Source: Acinetobacter wanghuae (lineage in GTDB: Bacteria > Pseudomonadota > Gammaproteobacteria > Pseudomonadales > Moraxellaceae). From it: a DNA stretch of 32,000 nt. Location of the stretch: assembly GCF_009557235.1 (NCBI RefSeq), contig NZ_CP045650.1, positions 1,860,001 to 1,892,000 of the forward strand, read 5' to 3'. Each line of letters begins with the position of its first letter. Position 1 is the first letter of the stretch. The notes under the pieces are model-generated. The model did no database searches and was not told where the DNA came from. It saw only the letters and a list, made by a program, of their open reading frames with translations. Made by a program: the position numbers and the translations under genes. Shown piece by piece: positions 19,717-29,782 of this stretch.

Positions 19717-20232
19717 TTATCCTTTGTTATCACAATAATCGTCTCTTGGCATGGTCATAGAAGTACCATCTAATGCTTTTGAATAGGCTAATTGTGCATT
19801 GAAGCGCTGTTTGGTATTAGTGGTGAGCGCCCCAACACTTTTCACCACATTCGATGCTGTTTGATTTTCAATAGGAAATACATCATATATGCACGAGATT
19901 GCCCGTGCGACTTCAAAATTCAATTGTCTTACACGAATCATGTCAGTCTTATCAACCAACAATACTGCTTGCGACTGAATTGCATATTGTTCAACTGCTT
20001 TACGTTGCTTAGGATGATGATAAGTACGCCTGATATATTCATCGATATCATCCCGAATACCATTTTGGTTCAGATCCGGACCTTTAATCTCTCGATCATG
20101 ATTCAGTTTTGGTACCTGCCCTGTTTCTTTGGCAAGATTAATCCGATCAAGATTCACTCTCCACATATACCATTCACAACCAGCTAAGGATGTGCTTACA
20201 AGTAAAATTATTATTTTTATGATGTTTTGCAT
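19717..20232 (-). CDS. orphan lipoprotein, unknown function
   Basis: 171 aa with a lipobox LAG/C. One DLNQNGIRDDID loop fits the DxDxDGxxDxxD calcium-binding pattern. Two further Cys. AT-rich codons. Confidence 0.6.
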   Translation of the reverse strand: MQNIIKIIILLVSTSLAGCEWYMWRVNLDRINLAKETGQVPKLNHDREIKGPDLNQNGIRDDIDEYIRRTYHHPKQRKAVEQYAIQSQAVLLVDKTDMIRVRQLNFEVARAISCIYDVFPIENQTASNVVKSVGALTTNTKQRFNAQLAYSKALDGTSMTMPRDDYCDNKG

Positions 20233-20398
20233 ATTGAGCTGAATAGAGTTGGAATCTTTAGATGATAAGACAAATCAGACCTTTTTTATGAGTATGTGAA
20301 ATTTACGTTAAATCGAAAAACCTTTATTCGAACATACTAATGGTGTTTTTTTATACTTATCTATAAGATTTAAAGATCATTACTTATTAATCATTATC

Positions 20399-21031
20399 AT
20401 GTCTATTAAAAAGAATATCTCTAGCTCAGCTTTACAAACTACAGAGAATATAACTGATGAAATGCTTTTTAAAGCTGCAAATACTTTTTTTGAGGATGCT
20501 ATTAAATCTATTCCCTTTGCATCTTTAATTACAAGTTCAATTGAAACATATACTCAATTTCGAGTCTTAAAAGAACAAAAACAATTGTTAGCATTTATTC
20601 AAGAAGCAGAGACGACTGACGTAGGTTTTATAGAAAATTTCTTTAAAGATAAAAATAATACTGAGCTAGGCTTAGAAATATTAGGGATTCTTGATCAAAC
20701 ATATTTAGAACATCAAGCAAGAATGATTGGGAGAATTACCTTACTTTTAAAAAATGGTGATATATCTAAAAATCAGTTCGATCAATACACCTATATAGTT
20801 AGCCATTTGAATAATCATTTAATATCATTAATTGAACATTTATATTTGGTTGAAACAAATAAAGAAGATCCTGAATTTAAATATGATGTCAAAAATCCAA
20901 ATATGGAACTTGTGAGTTTCGGCTTTTTAATTCAAGTACCATCACAACTATATCCAGGTGGTACTCAAGTAGCACAATTCAAGAAAACTGATCATTTCAA
21001 TTACTTTTATGACAATATTTTTAAAGATTAA
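20399..21031 (+). CDS. orphan soluble protein, unknown function
   Basis: 210 aa with no signal peptide or TM. The composition looks predominantly helical, and I recognise no catalytic motif. Very AT-rich, followed by a strong terminator. Confidence 0.55.
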   Translation: MSIKKNISSSALQTTENITDEMLFKAANTFFEDAIKSIPFASLITSSIETYTQFRVLKEQKQLLAFIQEAETTDVGFIENFFKDKNNTELGLEILGILDQTYLEHQARMIGRITLLLKNGDISKNQFDQYTYIVSHLNNHLISLIEHLYLVETNKEDPEFKYDVKNPNMELVSFGFLIQVPSQLYPGGTQVAQFKKTDHFNYFYDNIFKD

Positions 21032-21058
21032 AAAAAGGCGCCGAAGCGCCTTTTTTTT
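21030..21058. terminator. bidirectional rho-independent terminator (orphan gene / purL)
   Basis: A7, stem GGCGC (21037-21041), loop CGAA, stem GCGCC (21046-21050), T8. Confidence 0.85.
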
Positions 21059-21069
21059 AATTGATTTAA

Positions 21070-24000
21070 TTAACCAATAAATTTACGAGCATTACGGAAC
21101 ATACGTAACCAAGCACCATCTTGATCCCAATCTTCAGGTTTCCAAGAATGCTGAATCGCACGGAAGTTACGCTCTGGATGCGGCATCATAATCGTTGCAC
21201 GACCGTCAGTAGACGTCACACCAGAAATCGCCTCAGGCGAACCGTTCGGATTCATTGGGTAATGTTGCGTTGGGTTACCTTGGCTATCTACATAACGTAG
21301 GATCACCTGATTGCCTGCATTCAATGCAGTAATACTTGATTCAGGTGCAACCACACGACCTTCACCATGTGCTACAGCGATTGGAAGAATCGAACCTTCC
21401 ATACCTTCAAGCAATACTGAGTTTGATTTTTCTACACGAACGTTCACAGCACGCGCTTCAAACATTTCAGATTCATTGCGGTGGAAACGTGGCCAGTTGT
21501 CTGCACCCGGAATAAGCGGTGCAAGTTGTGACAACATTTGGCAACCGTTACAAATACCAAGCGAGAATGTTTCATCACGGTTAAAGAATTTCTCGAATTG
21601 ATCACGTAGTTTCGGGTTAAACAAGACTGATTTTGCCCAACCACCGCCTGCACCCAATACGTCACCGTAAGAGAAGCCACCACATGCCACCAAGCCTTCG
21701 AAATCATCAAGGCTGATACGACCTGCAAGCAAGTCACTCATGTGCACATCAACCGTGTTGAAGCCCACTTTATCGAATGCTGCTGCCATTTCTACATGAC
21801 CGTTGACACCTTGCTCACGTAAAATCACCATGCTTGGACGGCGTTCATTGATATACGGCGCTTCGATTGGCTCATTCAAATCAAATGTCGGTTTCGCAAT
21901 TAACCCTGCATGAGATTTATTTGTAATTAAAGCAAATTCTTGATCCGCTGTTTTTACGTTGTCACGTAAACGTTGGATTTGATGCGACACTTCAGTCCAA
22001 GCAACTTGTAAATCTGCACGATCTAGGCTTAAACCATTTACGGTTAAAGTATCAGTGTTGTTGACTGTACCCACAACCGCAATTGCATCTTTTAAGCTTG
22101 ATGCTGCAACTTCAGCTTGTAGCGCGTCCCAATCTGCTTTAGAAATTTGCAATACCGCACCAATTTCTTCTGCAAATAGAGATTCAATAGATTGCGCTTC
22201 AAGTGCGACACCTAAGCGTGATGCGAACATCATCTCTGCAACGGTTGCTACTAAGCCACCATCACCGATGTCATGATACGCTTTGATTAAGCCACGGTTG
22301 TTCCAGTCTTGAACCCAATGCGAAGAATGCTTTGAAGTCATCGAAGCTATCAACATCAGGGGTTACTGAACCAATCGCTTTATAGACTTGCGCTAAAATC
22401 GAACCACCTAAACGGAATTGACCTTTAGATAGATCGATACGAACCAATACAGATTCTAGATTTTTAAGCTCAGGCGTCAGTGTTTTACGTACATCCGTCA
22501 CTGGTGCAAATGCGGTGATGACACCTGTCATTGGCGAAGTTACAGATTTATCTTCGCCTTCGTCATTCCAAGTGGTACGCATTGAAAGCGAGTCTTTACC
22601 TACTGGAATTGCGATACCGAGCGCAGGACACATTTCCATGCCAACTGCTTTTACGCCTTCGAATAATGCTTGGTCTTCGCCACTTTGACCCGCTGCTGCC
22701 ATCCAGTTTGCAGACAATTTAATATCGCTGATCTGTTCGATTTTCGCAGACATCACGTTAGTGATCGATTCAGCAACCGCTAAACGTACAGATGCAGCAG
22801 GATTAAGTAGTGCTACAGGTGGACGCTCACCCATTGCAAGCGCTTCGCCTGTGTAACCCACTAAACTTGTGGTCGTTACAGCAGCATCCGCGACTGGCAC
22901 TTGCCAAGGACCAACCATTTGGTCACGTGCAACCATACCGGTAATTGAACGGTCACCAATGGTGATTAGGAATGATTTAGAAGCAACTGTTGGGTTTTTC
23001 AACACACGGTAAATCGCATCTTTCAGATCGGTGACTTTAGAAGCATCGAAATCATCACCCGTGCGTTCAATCGTTTCATATGAACGACTCATGCGTGGTG
23101 TGCCGCCAAGCATCACTTGCATTGGCATATCCACAGCTTTATTTTCAAACAGTGGATCTTCAACGGTTAAATGGCGCGCTTCTGTCGCTTCACCAAGTAC
23201 GGCAAACGGACAACGTTCACGCGCACAAATCGATTCAAATAATTCTAAAGATGATGGACGAATCGCCAACACATAACGCTCTTGTGCTTCGTTCGACCAA
23301 ATTTCCATTGGCGACATGCCCGGCTCTAAAGACGGAATCTTACGAAGATCCAGTACTGCACCAAGCTCATGGTCATTTACAAGCTCAGGCATAGCATTCG
23401 ATACACCACCCGCGCCCACATCATGTACAGACACGATTGGGTTGTGGTCTTCCATACGCCAGCAGGCATCAATGACTTCCTGGCAACGGCGTTCCATTTC
23501 TGGGTTTTCACGTTGTACTGAAGCGAAGTCAAGGTTTTCACCCAATTTACCGCTATCCACTGAAGATGCTGCACCACCACCTAAACCGATGAGCATTGCA
23601 GGACCGCCAAGCACGATTAACAAATCGCCCGGCAAAATCGGATCTTTTTCTACATGGTCAGGACGGATGTTACCGTAACCACCGGCAATCATAATCGGCT
23701 TATGGAAGCCTTTGACATCGCCATTCACGTTTTGCTCAAAGGTACGGAAGTAACCATTTAAAGCAGGACGACCAAATTCGTTGTTAAACGCTGCACCACC
23801 GAGTGGTCCTTCAATCATAATTTGCAGTGGCGATGCCATACGAGATGGTTTGCCGTAGTTGTCTTCCCAAGGCTGCTCAAAACCCGGAATATTCAAGTTC
23901 GATACCGTAAAGCCCGTTAAGCCTGCTTTTGGCTTACCACCACGACCTGTTGCGCCTTCATCACGGATTTCACCGCCTGAACCTGTCGCAGCACCGGCAA

Positions 24001-24907
24001 ATGGTGCAATCGCGGTTGGATGGTTGTGGGTTTCCACTTTCATCAAAATATGCGCAGCTTGGCTCTTATATTGATAAATATGCTGACCCGTTGTTTCATC
24101 TTTTTTCGGATAGAAACGTTGGGTGTCAAAGCCCACAATCACGGATGCATTGTCTTTATATGCTGACAAAACATCGGTTGGTGATTCTTTATAGGTATTT
24201 TTGATCATCTGGAACAATGATAATGGCTGTTTTTCACCATCAATTGTCCATTCAGAACCAAAGATTTTATGACGGCAATGCTCAGAGTTCGCCTGCGCAA
24301 ACATCATGAGTTCGATGTCATGCGGGTTACGACCCATTTTCACAAAGGCATCGGTGAGATAATCAATCTCTTCATCAGACAAAGCAAAACCAAACTCAGA
24401 ATTGGCTTTAACTAAGGCTGCTTTACCTTGACCTAAAATATCAATACTATTTAAAGGTTTTGGTTCAGTCTCAGTAAACAACGCCGTAGCATCTTCAATC
24501 GCATTGAAAACACTTTCTGTCATGCGGTCATGCAAGACAAGTTTCACTTCATCAGATACTGAATTTACGCCTTTTAGAGTAAATAAAACGCCGCGTTCAA
24601 GTCGATGAACCGGCGTATTACAATTCGCGAAAATATCGGTGGCTTTCGATGACCATGGTGAAATGGTCCCTAAACGCGGTGTGACTAAAATTTGAATTTC
24701 ATCACTTGCAGCTTGGCGTAGTTCAAAAGATTGACCATCATTGAGAAGCTGTAAAGCGGATTGCTGTTGTTGCTCACCCAGCGCTTGGTCAAAGAGGTAG
24801 ACCCATTGACTCTCTATTGATTGAACAGAACTAATAGGCGTTAAACGCGAAAGTAGTTGAGTTTTCTTAAATGAAGAATGTGCAGGTGCACCGGCAACGA
24901 TAAACAT
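21070..24907 (-). pseudogene. purL: phosphoribosylformylglycinamidine synthase (large single-chain PurL) interrupted by a +1-nt frameshift
   Basis: Two overlapping ORFs: 22271-24949 carries the N-terminal, linker and FGAM synthetase domains, and 21070-22356 carries the rest plus the glutaminase domain with GICNGCQ. The likely start is ATG 24907 ([14 protein letters not shown]) with a GGAG RBS. The span is 3838 nt, which is 3n+1. See the finding. Confidence 0.85.
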
Positions 24908-25241
24908 GCTGATTTTGGCTCCACGGGCGGGTCTTTTGAACCATGCCACAATGTGACTTGAGAGAGGGTCACATTCTACTGTGAATTGAGCAAATCAGCT
25001 AGTGAGGAATGCATAAATCTGAGCGCTATTCAGTGCGCTTTTTAAAAATATTATGTTTATTTTCAGTTAAAAAAATTGAACGTAGTCGATTAGGTTATCA
25101 TATTTTTTAAGGAAAAAATCAAAACAGGCAAAGAATTATTTTTCGCTCAAAAATTGTATTATTTTTCAACAACAAGCCAAATTGAATCGCATCCTTACCA
25201 AAGTATTTTAAATGCGATTCTGGCGCTTGATTTAGCCGCAA

Positions 25242-26279
25242 TTATTGATTGAGATGCTGAATCAGATCTTTCACTGCATCATAGGCAAGTTGTAGAGATT
25301 TTGGATCGACCTGATCAATGGTGTCACATGCTTTGTGATAACACGGTGCGAATTCGAGCTCATCCCCTTTCATCTGCTCATTAAATAAAATTAAAGAGGC
25401 GACAGGAACTTTGCCTAAAAATGGCGCTGTGTCACTTGCAGTTAACGTTGAGACATCTTCTTTAACCTCTAATCCTCTTGCTTTAAAAAACGTTTTTAAA
25501 TGGTTTTCTAAGGCTAAATCATCTCGATGAAAGGGAATGTTGCGTAAGCTATCAAGTAGAGGTTTATAGTCAGATTCTGCCATGCCACGTTGTTTCAGCA
25601 TGTTTTCCATATCCTGAATTGAAGATTGATCCCCATCTGCAATTTGAATCGTTGGATTTTTGGTGCCGACCATATCGACATTAACATAAGCTTGGATGCC
25701 TTTTAGCTGTGATGGACTTAACTTCGAAGCAAATTCGCTTGAACCACCGATGCCTTCTTCTTCTGAATCCCAAAAGGCAAGATATAAGGTATGTTTAGGC
25801 TTGAGCTTGGCGTAGGTATGCATCAGCTCTAACAGAACTGCCACCCCTGAGCCGTTGTCATTGATCCCTGGTCCCATCGGAACAGAATCATAATGTGCTC
25901 CGATAATAATCGCTGTATCTTTCGACTGCGCTTGAATTTCTACAATAATATTTTGACCTACTTGTTTTTTACGATTTTCAAATGGCAGCATTTGAGCATG
26001 TAAACCTGCTTTTTTGGCTTCATCTAAAATGTATTTTGCCGTTGCTTGTCCGCCTAAAGTACCGACTGCACGGTTGCTAGCATTTTCTTGAGCAATTTTT
26101 TGCAACACATACAAATGATTCATCATCGAATTATGATCTTGCGGAGCGATTTGCTGAGTTGTAATTAAACTTTGTTGATTAGTTTGTGAAGTACAACCAG
26201 AAACACCCATCAATATTGACAGTGTCATTAAGGTAGTTAAAGCAGTTTTTACACCCATAATTATATCTACATGATTCAA
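25242..26279 (-). CDS. M28-family zinc aminopeptidase, lipoprotein
   Basis: Lipobox MGVSG/C. M28 metal-ligand blocks IIGAHYDSV, NDNGSGVAVLLEL, FWDSEEEGIGGS. Confidence 0.8.
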   Translation of the reverse strand: MNHVDIIMGVKTALTTLMTLSILMGVSGCTSQTNQQSLITTQQIAPQDHNSMMNHLYVLQKIAQENASNRAVGTLGGQATAKYILDEAKKAGLHAQMLPFENRKKQVGQNIIVEIQAQSKDTAIIIGAHYDSVPMGPGINDNGSGVAVLLELMHTYAKLKPKHTLYLAFWDSEEEGIGGSSEFASKLSPSQLKGIQAYVNVDMVGTKNPTIQIADGDQSSIQDMENMLKQRGMAESDYKPLLDSLRNIPFHRDDLALENHLKTFFKARGLEVKEDVSTLTASDTAPFLGKVPVASLILFNEQMKGDELEFAPCYHKACDTIDQVDPKSLQLAYDAVKDLIQHLNQ

Positions 26280-26444
26280 TCTTTTTTACATATTAAGGGA
26301 TTCTATTGCTTCGTTTGTAGCCTATTTAAGTAACCCCTTTGATTTCATGCAAATCACACTTTAAACGGCAACTTATGTCGCTGATGCATATATTTTTAAA
26401 GCTTATTTTGGCATCATAGCCTTGAACCGATGAGGTAAATAACA

Positions 26445-27785
26445 ATGAATACGATGCGTTGGCTTGATCTGCTTTCGACCTTAAGAATTGGCAGTAAAAA
26501 ACAAAACTCTGAATTGGCGCGTAGTCCTTTTCATAAAGACTATGACCGCATCATTTTTTCGCAGAGTTTCCGCCAGCTCAATCGTAAAACCCAAGTCCAT
26601 CCCCTTACTCAGCATGATGGTATTCATACCCGCTTAACTCATTCACTTGAAGTATCTTGTATTGGACGTTCGCTTGGCATGCTTGCCGCTGAAAAAATTA
26701 AAGATGATTTACCTGTTTGGATTTCCCCTGCAGATGTTGGTGCAATCATTCAAGCGGCGTGTTTAGCGCATGATATTGGCAATCCTCCTTTTGGGCATGC
26801 AGGAGAATATGCCATTCGAGAATGGTTTGATGATGCATCCCATACCGACTTTTTAAAAGATTTAAGTCCTGAACAAGAAGCAGATGTACGCCAATTTGAA
26901 GGCAATGCCCAAGGTTTACGCTTACTGACCAAAATTGATTACCATCCTAATGATGGCGGCATGCGTCTTACTTACGCAACATTAGGGGCGTACTTAAAGT
27001 ACCCCTGGCTATCTAAAACTATTGCTTCGCAAGGCGATACGCCTGCGAGTCAACGTGCCAAGTTTGGCTGTTATCAATCTGAAAAAGAGATTTTAAAACA
27101 AATTGCCGAACAACTTGGTTTGATTCAACTCGGTGAATATCATTATTGTCGTCATCCGCTCACCTATTTACTCGAAGCAGCTGACGATATTTGTTATGCA
27201 CTGATCGACCTTGAAGATGGTATCAGTCTAAATATGCTCAGTTATGACGAAGTTGAACCTGTTTTCTTAAACTTGATTGGCGATTATGGCATTCCGACTG
27301 AACTCAATATGCCATTTTCAACATGGCAGCAGAAAATTGCGGCATTGCGTGGTCGGGTAATGAAACGCGTTGTCGATGAAGTCACTACTGCTTTCGCTCG
27401 TCATCAGCAAGAAATCTTGATGGGACAGTTGCAAGGTTCATTATTAGGTTATTGTAGCCCAGATGTGGAAATTGGGATTAATCGTGCCAAAGAGCTCGCA
27501 CGGGATAAAATCTTTGAACATCCACAAAAAGCAGGACTTGAGATTATTGCACACCAATGTTTGCAAAATATTTTAGATGCCTTTATTCCACTGACCACAC
27601 CGCATAAGAACTTAAGCTTTAAAGATCAACGTTTAATGGCTATTTTGAATCGTTCAGGTGCGAACTTTGGTAGTCATCATTACGACAATATTATGCAAGT
27701 GCTCGATATTGTCTCTAAGTTTTCAGATCATCAAGCCTATAACTTATCGCAAGAGCTACAAGGCAATAAGGCGGGTTTAATTTAA
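26445..27785 (+). CDS. dgt: dGTP triphosphohydrolase-like HD-domain protein
   Basis: 446 aa. Blocks RSPFHKDYDRIIFS, HTRLTHSLEV, CLAHDIGNPPFGH, EAADDICY are typical of the Dgt family. Confidence 0.85.
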   Translation: MNTMRWLDLLSTLRIGSKKQNSELARSPFHKDYDRIIFSQSFRQLNRKTQVHPLTQHDGIHTRLTHSLEVSCIGRSLGMLAAEKIKDDLPVWISPADVGAIIQAACLAHDIGNPPFGHAGEYAIREWFDDASHTDFLKDLSPEQEADVRQFEGNAQGLRLLTKIDYHPNDGGMRLTYATLGAYLKYPWLSKTIASQGDTPASQRAKFGCYQSEKEILKQIAEQLGLIQLGEYHYCRHPLTYLLEAADDICYALIDLEDGISLNMLSYDEVEPVFLNLIGDYGIPTELNMPFSTWQQKIAALRGRVMKRVVDEVTTAFARHQQEILMGQLQGSLLGYCSPDVEIGINRAKELARDKIFEHPQKAGLEIIAHQCLQNILDAFIPLTTPHKNLSFKDQRLMAILNRSGANFGSHHYDNIMQVLDIVSKFSDHQAYNLSQELQGNKAGLI

Positions 27786-27906
27786 GGCATTGCAGGTTTG
27801 GTTTTGATGATAAACTGAATTGAAATGAAACGCTTGACTGCAAGTGCTTTGGTGAATTGATAAAGCCAAACACGTTGCCCATATTGATACAGAGTAATAA
27901 TTTAAA

Positions 27907-28509
27907 ATGATTGGATGCCTGATTGGTGAAGTGCTTGCATTAGAAGCACCGACTGTTTTATTAAATGTAAATGGTGTGGGTTATGAAGTGGATACACCAC
28001 TGACCACCTTCTGCCAGCTACAAAAAGGTCAAAAAGTGACGCTATGGACGCATTTAGCGGTTCGTGAAGATGCACAGCTGTTGTACGGTTTTTTAAACCC
28101 GCAAGAGAAAACCATTTTCCGTACCCTATTAAAGGTCAATGGCGTGGGACCGAAAATGGCATTAGGCATTTTATCGACTTTAAGTGTAGATATGCTGATT
28201 CATACCGTTGAACATGAAGACGTGAATACCTTAGTCAAAGTTCCGGGTGTCGGTAAAAAAACAGCTGAACGTTTGATGATTGAACTGCGTGATCGCTTCA
28301 AAGCAATGGCTTCGGGTACGAATCCAACCAATTCAACGGCAGAACAAATTCAATTCACAGGTAATTCTGCGGTGGCTGAAGCGGAAGCAGCATTACAGTC
28401 TTTGGGTTATAAACCTGCTGAAGCACAAAAACTGATTAATGCGGTGAAAGCAGATTACACCGAAGCGAGTGACATTATCCGTGCAGCTTTGAAATCGATG
28501 AATCGTTAA
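27907..28509 (+). CDS. ruvA: Holliday junction branch-migration complex subunit RuvA
   Basis: MIGCLIGEV N-terminus, HhH motifs (VNGVGPKMAL, VPGVGKKTAERL), C-terminal domain III. Confidence 0.93.
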   Translation: MIGCLIGEVLALEAPTVLLNVNGVGYEVDTPLTTFCQLQKGQKVTLWTHLAVREDAQLLYGFLNPQEKTIFRTLLKVNGVGPKMALGILSTLSVDMLIHTVEHEDVNTLVKVPGVGKKTAERLMIELRDRFKAMASGTNPTNSTAEQIQFTGNSAVAEAEAALQSLGYKPAEAQKLINAVKADYTEASDIIRAALKSMNR

Positions 28510-28541
28510 TTTTTAGCATCAACTACATAAGTTAAGCACTT

Positions 28542-28650
28542 GGTTGAGCTACACGTTCGACGACATGGATGTCGTCCGTTAGATTGGGATATAGGGACAT
28601 ATCCTCAACCTAACAAAAGGGTTTTGTTACTTTTGCCCTTTCAAAAGTAA
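28542..28650 (+). other. structured spacer between ruvA and ruvB (nested hairpins, function unknown)
   Basis: GGTTGA (28542-28547) pairs with TCAACC (28605-28610). This outer stem encloses hairpins GACGACA/TGTCGTC (28559-28576) and GGATAT/ATATCC (28587-28604). A further hairpin TTACTTTT/AAAAGTAA follows at 28627-28650. Confidence 0.3.
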
Positions 28651-28746
28651 GGCTATGCCTACACAATGGCATCTAAATTTTTCATGCATTTTGAGGCTAT
28701 GAATTTATCAACCTCAAATAAATCCATAGAGAATATCTCAGAAGCT

Positions 28747-29754
28747 ATGCAAGACCGTCTTATCAGTGGTTCTGAAAAACCCGAAGATCATTTTGATCGT
28801 GCTATTCGCCCTACCTCTTTAGAAGACTATGTGGGTCAGCCTGTTGTCCGCGAACAAATGGAAATCTTTATTGGTGCTGCGCGTGGACGTGGTGAAGCCC
28901 TCGACCATACTTTAATTTTTGGTCCTCCCGGTTTGGGTAAAACCACGCTTGCCAATATTATCGCGCGGGAAATGGGCGGCAATTTAAAATCGACCTCTGG
29001 TCCTGTACTTGAACGTGCTGGTGATTTGGCAGCAATGCTGACCAATTTAGAAGAAGGCGATGTTTTATTTATTGATGAAATCCATCGTCTGTCACCGGTC
29101 ATCGAAGAAATTCTCTATCCTGCAATGGAAGATTACCAACTCGATATCATGATTGGTGAAGGTCCTGCGGCACGTTCCATTAAACTCGATTTACCGCCAT
29201 TTACCTTGGTAGCTGCGACCACACGTGCAGGTCTTCTCACTTCTCCGCTTCGTGACCGTTTTGGGATTGTGCAACGTTTAGAGTTCTATTCGGTTGAAGA
29301 CTTAACCCATATTGTCAAACGTTCTGCAAACCTCATGGATGTTCCAATGACTGAAGATGGTGCAAAAGAAATTGCACGTCGTTCACGAGGCACACCGCGT
29401 ATTGCCAACCGTTTACTGCGTCGTGTACGTGACTATGCGCAAGTCAAAGGTACAGGTGAAGTTAACCAAGACATGGCGCAACGTGCTTTAGATATGCTGA
29501 AAGTCGATAAAGATGGTTTAGACACTTTAGACCGTCGTTACTTATCTATGTTGCTTGAGCGTTTTGATGGTGGTCCTGCCGGTGTTGAAGCCTTAGCTGC
29601 GGCAATGGCAGAAGATTCAGGTACTTTAGAGGATGTCATTGAACCATATTTGATTCAGCAAGGTTATGTCATGCGGACTGCACGTGGGCGTATTGCGACC
29701 AATATGGCATATTTGCAGTTTGGGATGACACCGCCTGAACCGAAAGACAAGTGA
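28747..29754 (+). CDS. ruvB: Holliday junction branch-migration ATPase RuvB
   Basis: The ORF is open from 28666, but MQDRLISG at 28747 aligns with RuvB N-termini. Walker [10 protein letters not shown], Walker B FIDEIH, sensor ATTRAG. Confidence 0.92.
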   Translation: MQDRLISGSEKPEDHFDRAIRPTSLEDYVGQPVVREQMEIFIGAARGRGEALDHTLIFGPPGLGKTTLANIIAREMGGNLKSTSGPVLERAGDLAAMLTNLEEGDVLFIDEIHRLSPVIEEILYPAMEDYQLDIMIGEGPAARSIKLDLPPFTLVAATTRAGLLTSPLRDRFGIVQRLEFYSVEDLTHIVKRSANLMDVPMTEDGAKEIARRSRGTPRIANRLLRRVRDYAQVKGTGEVNQDMAQRALDMLKVDKDGLDTLDRRYLSMLLERFDGGPAGVEALAAAMAEDSGTLEDVIEPYLIQQGYVMRTARGRIATNMAYLQFGMTPPEPKDK

Positions 29755-29756
29755 TT

Positions 29757-29782
29757 TAAAAAAGCAGCTTAGGCTGCTTTTT
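29757..29782. terminator. bidirectional rho-independent terminator shared by ruvB and the convergent orphan gene
   Basis: A6, stem AGCAGC (29763-29768), loop TTAG, stem GCTGCT (29773-29778), T4. The stop codon of the minus-strand ORF sits in the loop. Confidence 0.8.

Noticed and set aside
22055-24204. Multiple 60-120-aa plus-strand ORFs within purL, plus 21311-21601 and the alternative same-strand frame 21444-21737 in its 3' half.
   Set aside because: These are shadow ORFs of a long, well-conserved gene, on the opposite strand or in an alternative frame. Their composition is P/S/A-rich and there are no start contexts.
25009-25110. 33-codon plus-strand ORF (MHKSERYSVRFLKILCLFSVKKIERSRLGYHIF) in the purL upstream region.
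   Set aside because: The GAGGA sits immediately against the ATG, so the spacing is too short. There is no supporting feature and the region is AT-rich. It is noted only as context for the hairpin finding.
26445-27785. The dgt-like dGTPase as an anti-phage dNTP-depletion defence gene.
   Set aside because: dGTPase homologs can be defence genes, but this copy sits among core genes (peptidase, ruvAB). Its composition matches its neighbours and no mobile or defence genes are adjacent. It is most simply the housekeeping Dgt-like paralog, and only a phylogeny could say otherwise.
28542-28610. tRNA-like cloverleaf impression in the ruvA-ruvB spacer (a 6-7-bp closing stem with internal hairpins and a GTTCGA string).
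   Set aside because: The arm geometry is wrong. One internal hairpin has a 7-bp stem with a 4-nt loop and the other a 6-bp stem with a 6-nt loop. There is no D-arm, no 7-nt anticodon loop, no T-loop in the correct arm and no discriminator/CCA context.
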